Shown here: positions 7,914 to 15,746 of the stretch, in pieces
How the letters are laid out: each line of letters starts with the position of its first letter
Position numbering within the stretch: position 1 is the stretch's first letter
Origin: an uncultured virus (IMG/VR IMGVR_UViG_3300030117_007285)
Lineage: Duplodnaviria; Heunggongvirae; Uroviricota; Caudoviricetes
Direction: 5' to 3' (one strand)
IMG/VR virus record: IMGVR_UViG_3300030117_007285
Coordinates: 55,593 to 75,592 of that record
DNA length: 20,000 nt
The notes under the pieces: generated by a model
Told to the model about the DNA's origin: nothing
The model's input: only the letters and a program-made list of their open reading frames with translations
The model's database searches: none
Program-made: the position numbers and the translations under genes

Positions 7914-9014
7914 AAAGAAATCCGCTGGTCGTTTAACAATGGACCAGATGAGAAAATTAATAAATAAAAAAGCAGGGCAAGAAGTTTCTGTTGATTTAGC
8001 AGATCCGAATAATCCAACAACTGTAAAGCAATGGATTCCAACTGGNNNNNNNNNNGGCTTGATAGTATTATCTGCCGCGGCAAGTTAGCTGGAATACCCG
8101 TGGGTAAAGTTACAGAGATTGCTGGTTTGGAGGCTAGCGGCAAGTCTTACATGGCTGCGCAGATAGCAGGCAACGCTCAGAAGATGGGGATAGATGTTGT
8201 CTACTTTGATTCAGAGTCTTCATTAGACTTTGGCTTTTTAGAGAAGGCCGGATGTGATCCATCTAAGATTCTTTATGTTCAAGCAACTTCAGTGGAGTTT
8301 GTCTTGGAGACGATTGAAGAATTACTCTCTTCAACCGACAGTCAATTTCTTTTTATCTGGGATAGTCTGGCTCTCACGCCTTCTATTTCAGATGTGGAAG
8401 GAGACTTCAATCCACAATCTACAATGGCCGTCAAAGCTAGGATTTTGTCAAAGGGTATGTCAAAACTAACTGTTCCCATTGCGAATAGTCAATCGACTTT
8501 CCTTGTGTTAAATCAGCTAAAGGCAAATATTACTCGCTCACCATCTGAAGCTTTAACAACGCCTTACATGACACCAGGCGGCAAAGCAATGATTTACGCT
8601 TATTCACTTCGTGTCTGGCTTACTCGACCAAAGGCGAAAGCATCTTTCGTAACAGACGATAAAGGTTATCGCATCGGCAATACCGTTAAAGTTAAGTTAG
8701 AAAAGTCTCGCTTTGGTTCGCAAGGGCGTCAATGTAAGTTCCAAATACTTTGGGGCGATAGCGTTGGTGTTGCTGACGAGGAAAGTTGGTTTGAAGCCAT
8801 CCAAGGCTCAGAACATCTCGACCGCGCAGGCGCCTGGTATGAACTTAAATTTAATGATGGCACAAGCGAAAAGTTTCAGTCAGCCCGTTGGTTAGACAAA
8901 CTTGAAGATGAAAAGTTTAAGTCACGCGTATTAGAAATAATGGATGAGGAAGTTGTCCGTAAATTTGATAAAAGAACTGGTGATGCCACTGAGTTCTATG
9001 AGGAAACTGCGTAA
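7900..9014 (+). CDS. recA: RecA/UvsX-family recombinase (one gene, spans the N gap at 8046-8055)
   Basis: WIPTG[gap]WLDSIICRG, Walker A GLEASGKS, YFDSE, Walker B FIWDSLA, LNQL and TPGGKAM. RBS GGAGG before ATG 7900. The frame change coincides with the N run. Confidence 0.9.
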
Positions 9015-9019
9015 GAAAA

Positions 9020-10021
9020 ATGAATGAGAGAGTAGTAATTATAGATGGGCTAAACATGTTTCTGCGAAGTTACATTGTAGTCCCACAGATTTCCAAAGAA
9101 GGTCAGCCCATTGGTGGGACAACTGGCTTTCTTAAATCTCTTCAAAAGCTTTGTCGTGAAATGAAACCAACACAGGTTATTGTTTGTTGGGACGGCCGCG
9201 GCGGAAGTAGAAAACGTAAACAACAAAACAAAAATTACAAAGAGGGTCGTGCACCGATACGTCTTAATCGTGATTTTAAAGTTTTAACTGAGGCGCAAGA
9301 GAAAGAAAATAAAATATGGCAGCAAGAAAGAATCTGTGAATATCTAAATAACTTTCCAGTTATGCAGCTAATCGCAGATGAGGTTGAGGCCGATGATATC
9401 ATATCTTACTTGTGCAGACACAGTAGTTTACGTGATAGTGAGAAAATTATAGTTTCAAGCGATAAAGATTTTTATCAATTGCTTGATCAAAAGACTATAC
9501 TTTTCCGCCCGGTGCAGAAAAAGCTATTAACTCAAAATAGTATAATAGATGAGCATGGTATTCATCCAAACAACTTTGCTCTTGCTCGTGCGATTGTCGG
9601 AGACAAATCTGATAACCTAGATGGAGTTCCTGGCATCGGCCTAAAAACTGTTGCAAAAAGATTCCCTTTCTTTAAAAAAGAAGAAGATGTTTATATTAAT
9701 AATTTGATAGAGTTTTGTGAAAATCAAGAAAGCAATGCAAAAGCGTTCGTCTCTATCAAAGAGAATAAACAACTTATTCAGTCTAATTACAACTTGATGC
9801 AATTGTATAGTCCTAGTTTGTCAACGCAGACTAAACAAAGTATCGAATGGATTGTTGATAACTTTGAACATACTTTTAATAAAACTCAGACACATGCCAT
9901 GATGTTACAAGATGGCATTAACGAGATTAATTGGAATGCGATGTTTGAAAGTTTTGCAAGAATCCAAAGGGATAAAAAAGGGAATCAAGCAAATGAGAAA
10001 ACTAAAACCAATTTTTATTGA
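9020..10021 (+). CDS. 5'-3' exonuclease / flap endonuclease (Pol I N-terminal domain / T4 RNase H-like)
   Basis: IIDGLN, VCWDG, YKEGR, EADDII, SSDKDFYQL and the H3TH motif GDKSDNLDGVPGIGLKT. Confidence 0.92.
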   Translation: MNERVVIIDGLNMFLRSYIVVPQISKEGQPIGGTTGFLKSLQKLCREMKPTQVIVCWDGRGGSRKRKQQNKNYKEGRAPIRLNRDFKVLTEAQEKENKIWQQERICEYLNNFPVMQLIADEVEADDIISYLCRHSSLRDSEKIIVSSDKDFYQLLDQKTILFRPVQKKLLTQNSIIDEHGIHPNNFALARAIVGDKSDNLDGVPGIGLKTVAKRFPFFKKEEDVYINNLIEFCENQESNAKAFVSIKENKQLIQSNYNLMQLYSPSLSTQTKQSIEWIVDNFEHTFNKTQTHAMMLQDGINEINWNAMFESFARIQRDKKGNQANEKTKTNFY

Positions 10022-10364
10022 AAATAGCGAAGTACCGGTCTGGCTGTCAAAGATTGCACCAATTGATGTGTGGGCTTTTTCTTTTGGACCATTTGTTGTT
10101 TGCCGTGGAGAGTTAAGTGAAAAAGTAAGAGTTCACGAAACTATTCATTTTTTACAACAATTAGAAATGCTTTTTGTTTTTCAGTGGATATTGTATGGAT
10201 TATTTTATGTTATTGGCCGCGTGACAAAGGGAAGCTGGAGCGCAGCATACTACGGTAATCCATTCGAATTAGAGGCTTACGATAATGATACAGACTTTGG
10301 CTATTTAGATAATAGACCATGGTGGAGCTGGATTAATTACATAAAAGATCTATTCAAAAAATAA
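9993..10364 (+). CDS. Small HEXXH zincin-like protein
   Basis: HETIH..Q, a hydrophobic helix, and NPFELEAY (candidate third ligand). ATG 9993 is preferred over 9912 because it minimises overlap. Confidence 0.7.
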   Translation: MRKLKPIFIENSEVPVWLSKIAPIDVWAFSFGPFVVCRGELSEKVRVHETIHFLQQLEMLFVFQWILYGLFYVIGRVTKGSWSAAYYGNPFELEAYDNDTDFGYLDNRPWWSWINYIKDLFKK

Positions 10365-10380
10365 AACAAAAATAATTACC

Positions 10381-10422
10381 TATAACGGGTGTGATCATTT
10401 CCGCACCCTTACGGGGGTTATA
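10381..10422 (+). promoter_or_regulatory. Structured RNA leader of the CglF-like gene
   Basis: GGGTGTG-atcatttc-CGCACCC stem (10387-10408), outer TATAAC/GTTATA pair, and an alternative CCC:GGGGG pairing over the likely RBS. Confidence 0.45.
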
Positions 10423-10425
10423 CTA

Positions 10426-10662
10426 TTGAAAAAAACACTTATTATCACTTTACTAATCTTATCTTTTGCAGCAACAGCTGCGCCACCAAAAAAATCAAAA
10501 TTTTATGACTTTGGAGATCAAATGATCGACGGTGAGATTAAAAAACCAACAGGCCAGTATGTTAATTCTAGAGAACGAGCAAGGTTTGATAGGCTGTTAA
10601 GTTTAAAGAAATCTTTTCTGCCTAAAATGTTTCTTACATCAAAAGAAAAAATATTTAAATAA
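10426..10662 (+). CDS. Small secreted protein resembling the myxobacterial gliding-motility protein CglF/GltF
   Basis: Signal peptide MKKTLIITLLILSFAATA, then YDFGDQMIDGEIKKPTGQYVNSRERARFDRLLSLKKSFLPKM. This matches the CglF pattern as I recall it (DF-D--I-GEL-KP-G-Y---R----F--L---R--F-P). Confidence 0.6.
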   Translation: MKKTLIITLLILSFAATAAPPKKSKFYDFGDQMIDGEIKKPTGQYVNSRERARFDRLLSLKKSFLPKMFLTSKEKIFK

Positions 10663-10669
10663 TTTGACC

Positions 10670-10698
10670 TTGACATTGCTTTTAACCTAAGTTAAAAT
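10670..10698 (+). promoter_or_regulatory. sigma70-type promoter
   Basis: TTGACA (10670-10675), 17-nt spacer, TAAAAT (10693-10698). Intergenic. Confidence 0.75.
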
Positions 10699-10727
10699 AT
10701 ATTTAGTGTATAACACAGGAGGCAGTG

Positions 10728-10889
10728 GTGCGTAAGTTTTTATACGGTTTAGGTTTGATGCTGTATGTTTTACTCGCTAGCGCCTTTGTTCAACCAATAG
10801 ATATTAATGAATCATCAAGTATTTCGAAGAGTTTAGAAAATACAAAAGGTAAAAAAAAGAAAAAGAAAAAGCGTTTACTCAGGCGCTAA
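10728..10889 (+). CDS. 53-aa membrane/secreted peptide with poly-basic tail (not in ORF track)
   Basis: RBS AGGAGG then GTG. Translation MRKFLYGLGLMLYVLLASAFVQPIDINESSSISKSLENTKGKKKKKKKRLLRR*. It has its own promoter upstream. Confidence 0.7.
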   Translation: MRKFLYGLGLMLYVLLASAFVQPIDINESSSISKSLENTKGKKKKKKKRLLRR

Positions 10890-10939
10890 ACTTTTTTACC
10901 CTGTAACATTCACCACTTATAAAATAATTGACATTCAAC

Positions 10940-10968
10940 TTGACTTTTTAAACTACAAAGGTTATATT
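10940..10968 (+). promoter_or_regulatory. sigma70-type promoter for helicase/RNR
   Basis: TTGACT (10940-10945), 17-nt spacer, TATATT (10963-10968). An extra TTGACA lies at 10928. Confidence 0.65.
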
Positions 10969-10994
10969 TATATCCACAAGTCAGCGAGGAATTA

Positions 10995-12353
10995 ATGGAC
11001 AGTTTAGGAATTTTTGGAAAGAGTTTCCAAGAAAATATGTGTAAGCTTATGCTTTACGACCGGTCATATTGTGATCAAATGCAAGAAGTACTGGATGTGA
11101 AATATTTAGAATTAAAGTATCTTCAGGTTTTTACAGATAAGCTTTTTGGTTATAAAAAACAATACGGTATACATCCTACAAATGATATTCTTAATTCTGT
11201 TTTTAACACAGAATTGACAGAGGAAAATGAAGTAATCCAAAAACAAGTTATGGATTATTTTATAAAGCTGCAAGCGTTTCCAGATATACAAGATAAAGAT
11301 TATATTGTTTCTAAAAGTGTAGACTTCTGTAGAAAGCAAGTTCTTAAAAAAGCTATGATGAAATCAGTGCCACTTCTGAACAAGTGTTCGTTTGAAGAGA
11401 TAGAAAAACTAATATCTGATGCACTACGCTTGGGCGTAAGCAATGATCACGGCTATGACTACATTAAAGATTTTGAAGCAAGATTTATTGAGAAAGCACG
11501 TAATCCCGTGTCAACTGGGTGGGCAAAGATAGATAAAATTACTAAAGGTGGTTTAGGCCAGGGTGAACTCGTGGTTGTGGTCGCGCCGACTGGTGCAGGA
11601 AAGTCTCATGTTCTTGTGCATCTTGGTGCTCAAGCACTAAAACAAGGTAAAAATGTTGTCCATTTCACGTTAGAATTGGCAGATACGTCCGTTGCGCAAC
11701 GTTATGATGCCTGTCTTACTGGTATTCCATTAGATGAGCTTATAAATCAAAAAGATGAGGTTTATGACGTAATTAAGGATATTGATGGGCAACTCATTGT
11801 AAAAGAATTCCCAACTAAGTCTGCTTCCACTGTGACTCTAAAAAATCACTTGGAAAAGATCAGACAGACAGAAATGGAAATCGATATGATCGTGGTCGAC
11901 TACGGTGATTTGTTAAAAAGTTCAACAGTTCGTAAAAATTCTGAGAAAAGACATGAATTAGAATCTATTTATGAAGAGCTACGCGGACTTGGACAAGAGT
12001 TTGGTTGCCCTATAGTAACCGCTTCACAAACCAATCGAAAGGGTCTAAACGAAGAAGTAATCACAATGGAATCAATCTCTGAGGCATTTAATAAGTGCTT
12101 TGTTGCAGATTTTATTATCAGTCTATCCAGGACTATTAAGGATAGAAACTGTAATATTGCGCGAATTTTTGTCGCTAAAAACAGAAATGGCCCTGATGGA
12201 ATTGTTTTTTCCGCGTTTATGGATACGTCAAGTGTATCCATTAAAGTTCTAGAAAGAGACGATGTTGTAAAACTACAACAACAGCAATTAGCAAAACAAC
12301 AACAAAAAGAGTTCTCCAAAGCCCGAGAAGTCTTTAGAAACATGAACAAATAA
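10995..12353 (+). CDS. dnaB: Replicative DNA helicase, DnaB/T4 gp41-like
   Basis: STGW..ID...GGL, Walker A APTGAGKS, FTLEL, IVVDYGDLL, TASQTNR and KNRNG. Confidence 0.92.
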   Translation: MDSLGIFGKSFQENMCKLMLYDRSYCDQMQEVLDVKYLELKYLQVFTDKLFGYKKQYGIHPTNDILNSVFNTELTEENEVIQKQVMDYFIKLQAFPDIQDKDYIVSKSVDFCRKQVLKKAMMKSVPLLNKCSFEEIEKLISDALRLGVSNDHGYDYIKDFEARFIEKARNPVSTGWAKIDKITKGGLGQGELVVVVAPTGAGKSHVLVHLGAQALKQGKNVVHFTLELADTSVAQRYDACLTGIPLDELINQKDEVYDVIKDIDGQLIVKEFPTKSASTVTLKNHLEKIRQTEMEIDMIVVDYGDLLKSSTVRKNSEKRHELESIYEELRGLGQEFGCPIVTASQTNRKGLNEEVITMESISEAFNKCFVADFIISLSRTIKDRNCNIARIFVAKNRNGPDGIVFSAFMDTSSVSIKVLERDDVVKLQQQQLAKQQQKEFSKAREVFRNMNK

Positions 12354-12366
12354 AGGAGTAAAAAAT

Positions 12367-14229
12367 ATGCCACAAGAGATTGCCAATAAAACCCTGTCGG
12401 ATATTACAGTCCACATGAAGTACGCAAAGTACTTACCCAAAAAAGAAAGAAGAGAGGTGTGGTCAGAGTTAGTGGATCGTAACAAAATGATGCATGTAAA
12501 AAAGTTTCCAGAGATGAAAGAAGAAATAGACGCTGCTTATGAATATGTATATGATAAAAAAGTTTTGCCTTCTATGCGCTCTATGCAGTTTGGCGGTAAG
12601 CCCATTGAAGTGGCCCCTAATCGTATTTTTAATTGCGCCTATTTACCTATCGATGACTGGCGTTCATTTCACGAAATTATGTTTTTACTTCTTGGTGGCA
12701 CTGGCGTCGGCTATAGCGTACAATTTCATCATGTAGATAAGCTGCCAGAAATTGTAACACCATCCACGAAACGCACCCGACGTCATCTTGTTGGAGATAG
12801 CATTGAAGGCTGGGCAGATGCAGTAAAAGTTCTTATGAAGTCTTATTTTGTTGGCGGCTCTAAGGTTCGTTTTGATTATAGCGATATTAGACCAAAGGGT
12901 TCACGCCTAGTTACGTCAGGTGGAAAAGCTCCGGGGCCTCAACCTCTTCGTGAATGTTTGGTTAAACTAGAGGGTATATTATCTAGCAAAGAGACTGGTG
13001 ACAAGCTTACTCCGATTGAAGTTCATGATATGGTTTGTTATATCGCTGATGCAGTCTTAGCTGGGGGCATTCGTAGAGCGGCACTTATTTCTCTTTTCTC
13101 CGCTGGAGATGACGAAATGATCGCGGCAAAGAGTGGTCACTGGTGGGAAAAAAATCCACAGCGTGGTAGAGCTAATAATTCTGTTGTGTTGATGCGCCAC
13201 TTAGTCACGGAAGATTTTTTCAAAGATCTTTGGTTCCGCGTAAAAGCTTCAGGCGCCGGAGAGCCAGGGTTCTATTTTTCAAACGATAAAGATTGGGGCA
13301 CCAATCCTTGTTGTGAAATCGCTCTTCGACCTTATCAGTTTTGCAATCTCACAGAGATTAACGCTTCCGATGTTGAAAGTCAAGAGGAAATAAATGCGCG
13401 CGCTCGCGCAGCATCTTTCATTGGCACGCTACAGGCATCTTACACTGACTTTCATTACCTTCGTGATGTTTGGCGAAGAACAACAGAAAAAGATGCGCTA
13501 GTGGGCGTATCGATGACCGGCATCGCTTCTGGAAATGTATTGAAACTGAACATGAAAGAAGCAGCAAAAGAAGTAAGAAAAGAAAACAAAAGGGTAGCTG
13601 CTCTGGTTGGCATTAAACCTGCGGCAAGAACAACTTGTGTAAAACCAGCTGGCACCACTAGTTTAGCTCTTGGAACTTCATCTGGTATACATGCATGGCA
13701 CAACGATTTTTATATTCGTCGTTTACGGGTCGGCAAAAACGAAGCCATATACAATTATTTATCGATCTTCCATCCAGACTTAATAGAGGATGAATTTTTT
13801 AGACCACATGATACTGCAGTTATCTCTGTTCCTCAAAAGGCTCCTCAAGGTGCCATCACTCGCGGAGAAACCGCCATGAACATGCTAGAAAGAGTAAAGA
13901 AGGTATCCACCGAGTGGGTTAAATTTGGTCATGGCAAAGGTCAGAACACTCACAATGTTTCAGCTACTGTCTCTATTCGCGAAGAAGAATGGGATGAGGT
14001 TGGCCAATGGATGTGGAATAACCGAGCTGTATATAATGGTCTTTCTGTTTTACCTCACGATGGAGGCACATATAAGCAGGCGCCCTTTGAGGACTGTGAT
14101 GAAGTAACCTACATAAAGCTGCTCGATGCGTTAGAGGACATTGATTTGTCTAAAGTCGTAGAGATGGATGATAACACTGACCTGAAGGGCGAGCTAGCTT
14201 GTGCCGGAGGCGCGTGCGAGGTTTCATAA
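12367..14229 (+). CDS. nrdJ: Class II adenosylcobalamin-dependent ribonucleotide reductase (RTPR-like)
   Basis: FNCAY, GTGVG, TNPCCEI, FCNLTE, TTCVKPAGT and the C-terminal redox pair CAGGAC. There is no adjacent beta subunit and no ATP cone. Confidence 0.88.
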   Translation: MPQEIANKTLSDITVHMKYAKYLPKKERREVWSELVDRNKMMHVKKFPEMKEEIDAAYEYVYDKKVLPSMRSMQFGGKPIEVAPNRIFNCAYLPIDDWRSFHEIMFLLLGGTGVGYSVQFHHVDKLPEIVTPSTKRTRRHLVGDSIEGWADAVKVLMKSYFVGGSKVRFDYSDIRPKGSRLVTSGGKAPGPQPLRECLVKLEGILSSKETGDKLTPIEVHDMVCYIADAVLAGGIRRAALISLFSAGDDEMIAAKSGHWWEKNPQRGRANNSVVLMRHLVTEDFFKDLWFRVKASGAGEPGFYFSNDKDWGTNPCCEIALRPYQFCNLTEINASDVESQEEINARARAASFIGTLQASYTDFHYLRDVWRRTTEKDALVGVSMTGIASGNVLKLNMKEAAKEVRKENKRVAALVGIKPAARTTCVKPAGTTSLALGTSSGIHAWHNDFYIRRLRVGKNEAIYNYLSIFHPDLIEDEFFRPHDTAVISVPQKAPQGAITRGETAMNMLERVKKVSTEWVKFGHGKGQNTHNVSATVSIREEEWDEVGQWMWNNRAVYNGLSVLPHDGGTYKQAPFEDCDEVTYIKLLDALEDIDLSKVVEMDDNTDLKGELACAGGACEVS

Positions 14230-14236
14230 AAAACCC

Positions 14237-14265
14237 TTGACAAAGTAATAAAATTTTATTATTAT
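14237..14265 (+). promoter_or_regulatory. sigma70-type promoter (probably leaderless transcript)
   Basis: TTGACA (14237-14242), 17-nt spacer, TATTAT (14260-14265). The predicted +1 falls at about ATG 14272. Confidence 0.75.
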
Positions 14266-14271
14266 ATGTTT

Positions 14272-14571
14272 ATGAAGAAATCAATTATTGGTTTGGTTCT
14301 CACATTTACTCTTGGGTGTGAGATTAGACCTTATCCCTATTCAAGAGTGGAACTAATTAACCAACCAGCACAACCAGTTGCTGCTTGCGAATATAATTTT
14401 TACTATTCTGGTCCAAGAAATTATGAGTATTGCACATCGTATGATGAGTTTGGTGACTGCGGTTGTTATCTGGTTTATGATCCAACTGTCATTGATTACG
14501 AGTGCTATATTGAATATTGTTACTACTGGGATTCTTGCCGGTGGGAAACTTATGACTACAGTTGTTACTAA
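14272..14571 (+). CDS. Cys/Tyr-rich putative lipoprotein
   Basis: MKKSIIGLVLTFTLG-C signal with a relaxed lipobox. The mature part has 8 further Cys and many Tyr/acidic residues. Confidence 0.65.
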   Translation: MKKSIIGLVLTFTLGCEIRPYPYSRVELINQPAQPVAACEYNFYYSGPRNYEYCTSYDEFGDCGCYLVYDPTVIDYECYIEYCYYWDSCRWETYDYSCY

Positions 14572-14580
14572 GGAGATAAA

Positions 14581-14880
14581 ATGAGTCAAGCAATTTTACA
14601 AGTCGTTGAAGACGACAACACAGAAAATGAAAAATCAAAAGAAGAATACATTGTTAATTATCTTAAGTCTATGATCGCTCTAGAAGAGGCTATGGAGCCT
14701 TACAAAGAGCAGAAAAAAGAATTACGAACTGAGTTTATTGAAAACGGTTGGCTTACTAAGGAGGATATATGGTCTGCTGTAAAAGCGCTCCGAATGTATC
14801 AAAAGTCTGCTGATCTCGATGCAGTAAATGAAATGTTTGATATCATTGAAAAGAAGTTTGGAATTAAGGAGGAAGTATGA
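14581..14880 (+). CDS. Small helical protein, phage DsbA/GapR-like dsDNA-binding candidate
   Basis: LEEAMEPYKEQKKELRTEF.ENG...KEDI..AVKALRM pattern. RBS AAGGAG. Confidence 0.5.
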   Translation: MSQAILQVVEDDNTENEKSKEEYIVNYLKSMIALEEAMEPYKEQKKELRTEFIENGWLTKEDIWSAVKALRMYQKSADLDAVNEMFDIIEKKFGIKEEV

Positions 14881-15161
14881 GTTTAGATCCACGAAATCGT
14901 TTTTTACTTTTAGAAGAGGCGCCATCGCCCACAGAACAAGATGCGCCAACTATTCTTTTGCCAGAGGATTATAATGTTAAAACAAATCCATTTGGTGTAT
15001 ATAAAATTAGCCAAATATCAACTGACTGTACTAAAATAACTTTAGATGATATTGGAAAATTAGTAATCGTAGAAGATCATATGGTTTCGACAGCTAGCTT
15101 AGAGCAGGGTGATTTTATTTTAGTTCAAGAGAATCATGTGTATGGTGTTTTAGGAACTTAA
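14877..15161 (+). CDS. GroES-like co-chaperonin
   Basis: 94 aa with LDPRNRFLLLE (cf. L-P--DRVLV), ILLPE, IGKLVIV and FILVQENHVYGVL (cf. YLIL-E-DILAV). ATGA overlap with the upstream gene. Confidence 0.7.
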   Translation: MSLDPRNRFLLLEEAPSPTEQDAPTILLPEDYNVKTNPFGVYKISQISTDCTKITLDDIGKLVIVEDHMVSTASLEQGDFILVQENHVYGVLGT

Positions 15162-15165
15162 TAAT

Positions 15166-15746
15166 ATGTTGACTATAGTAATTTTAAATATCATTACTAC
15201 GACAAGCTTGTCTTACGATTACAATGATTTAATAAATGAAGCCTACAATTGTCGGCATGCCAAAGAGAAGAATCTTAATACCGGAATAGTTGAGAAACTG
15301 TCCGTGATTGAAGATAAGTATTTTCAGTTTTATGATATACCAGAGGAGTTACGTGGCATGTTACTAGCTGCAGCATGCGTGGAAAGCGGTTATGATGCAA
15401 AAGCCAAAGGGGATTGGAAGATCACCTTGGCTCCAAAAAAACATCCAAGAGCAAAAGGTANNNNNNNNNNTTTTGGCAATGGGCAGAAATAAAGTATGGC
15501 CTTAATAGACTTGATCCTATACAGTCAGCCCACGTTTGGATGCAGCACGTTGCAAATACCAGAGAAAAGAATTTTTGTAGAGGCTATAGACTTACAGAAA
15601 AACAAAAATGGTTAGCTGCGTGGGCTCAAGGTGTTCGAGGTCGGCTCACTAAAGAAAACCGATATAGGTGTTTTGAGCGAACCAAACATTGGAAAAAACT
15701 TAAAAAGTGGAAAAGAAATATTAAAAGATATGTCCCAGGGTGTTAA
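15166..15746 (+). CDS. SLT/lysozyme-fold lytic transglycosylase-like protein with N-terminal signal (spans the N gap at 15461-15470)
   Basis: Catalytic-type LLAAACVESGYDAKA, AKG[gap]FW at the position of the G-x-x-Q motif, and RLDPIQSA. The two track ORFs join at the gap. Confidence 0.7.

Noticed and set aside
7900..9014. recA as a pseudogene, split gene or programmed frameshift
   Set aside because: The frame change lies exactly at the N run and all motifs are intact.
10970..10978. DnaA-box-like ATATCCACA upstream of the helicase (possible origin)
   Set aside because: Single copy with a mismatch, and no box cluster or iterons.
12270..12310. CAA/CAG-rich repeat at the helicase 3' end
   Set aside because: It simply encodes a low-complexity Gln-rich tail (LQQQQLAKQQQK).
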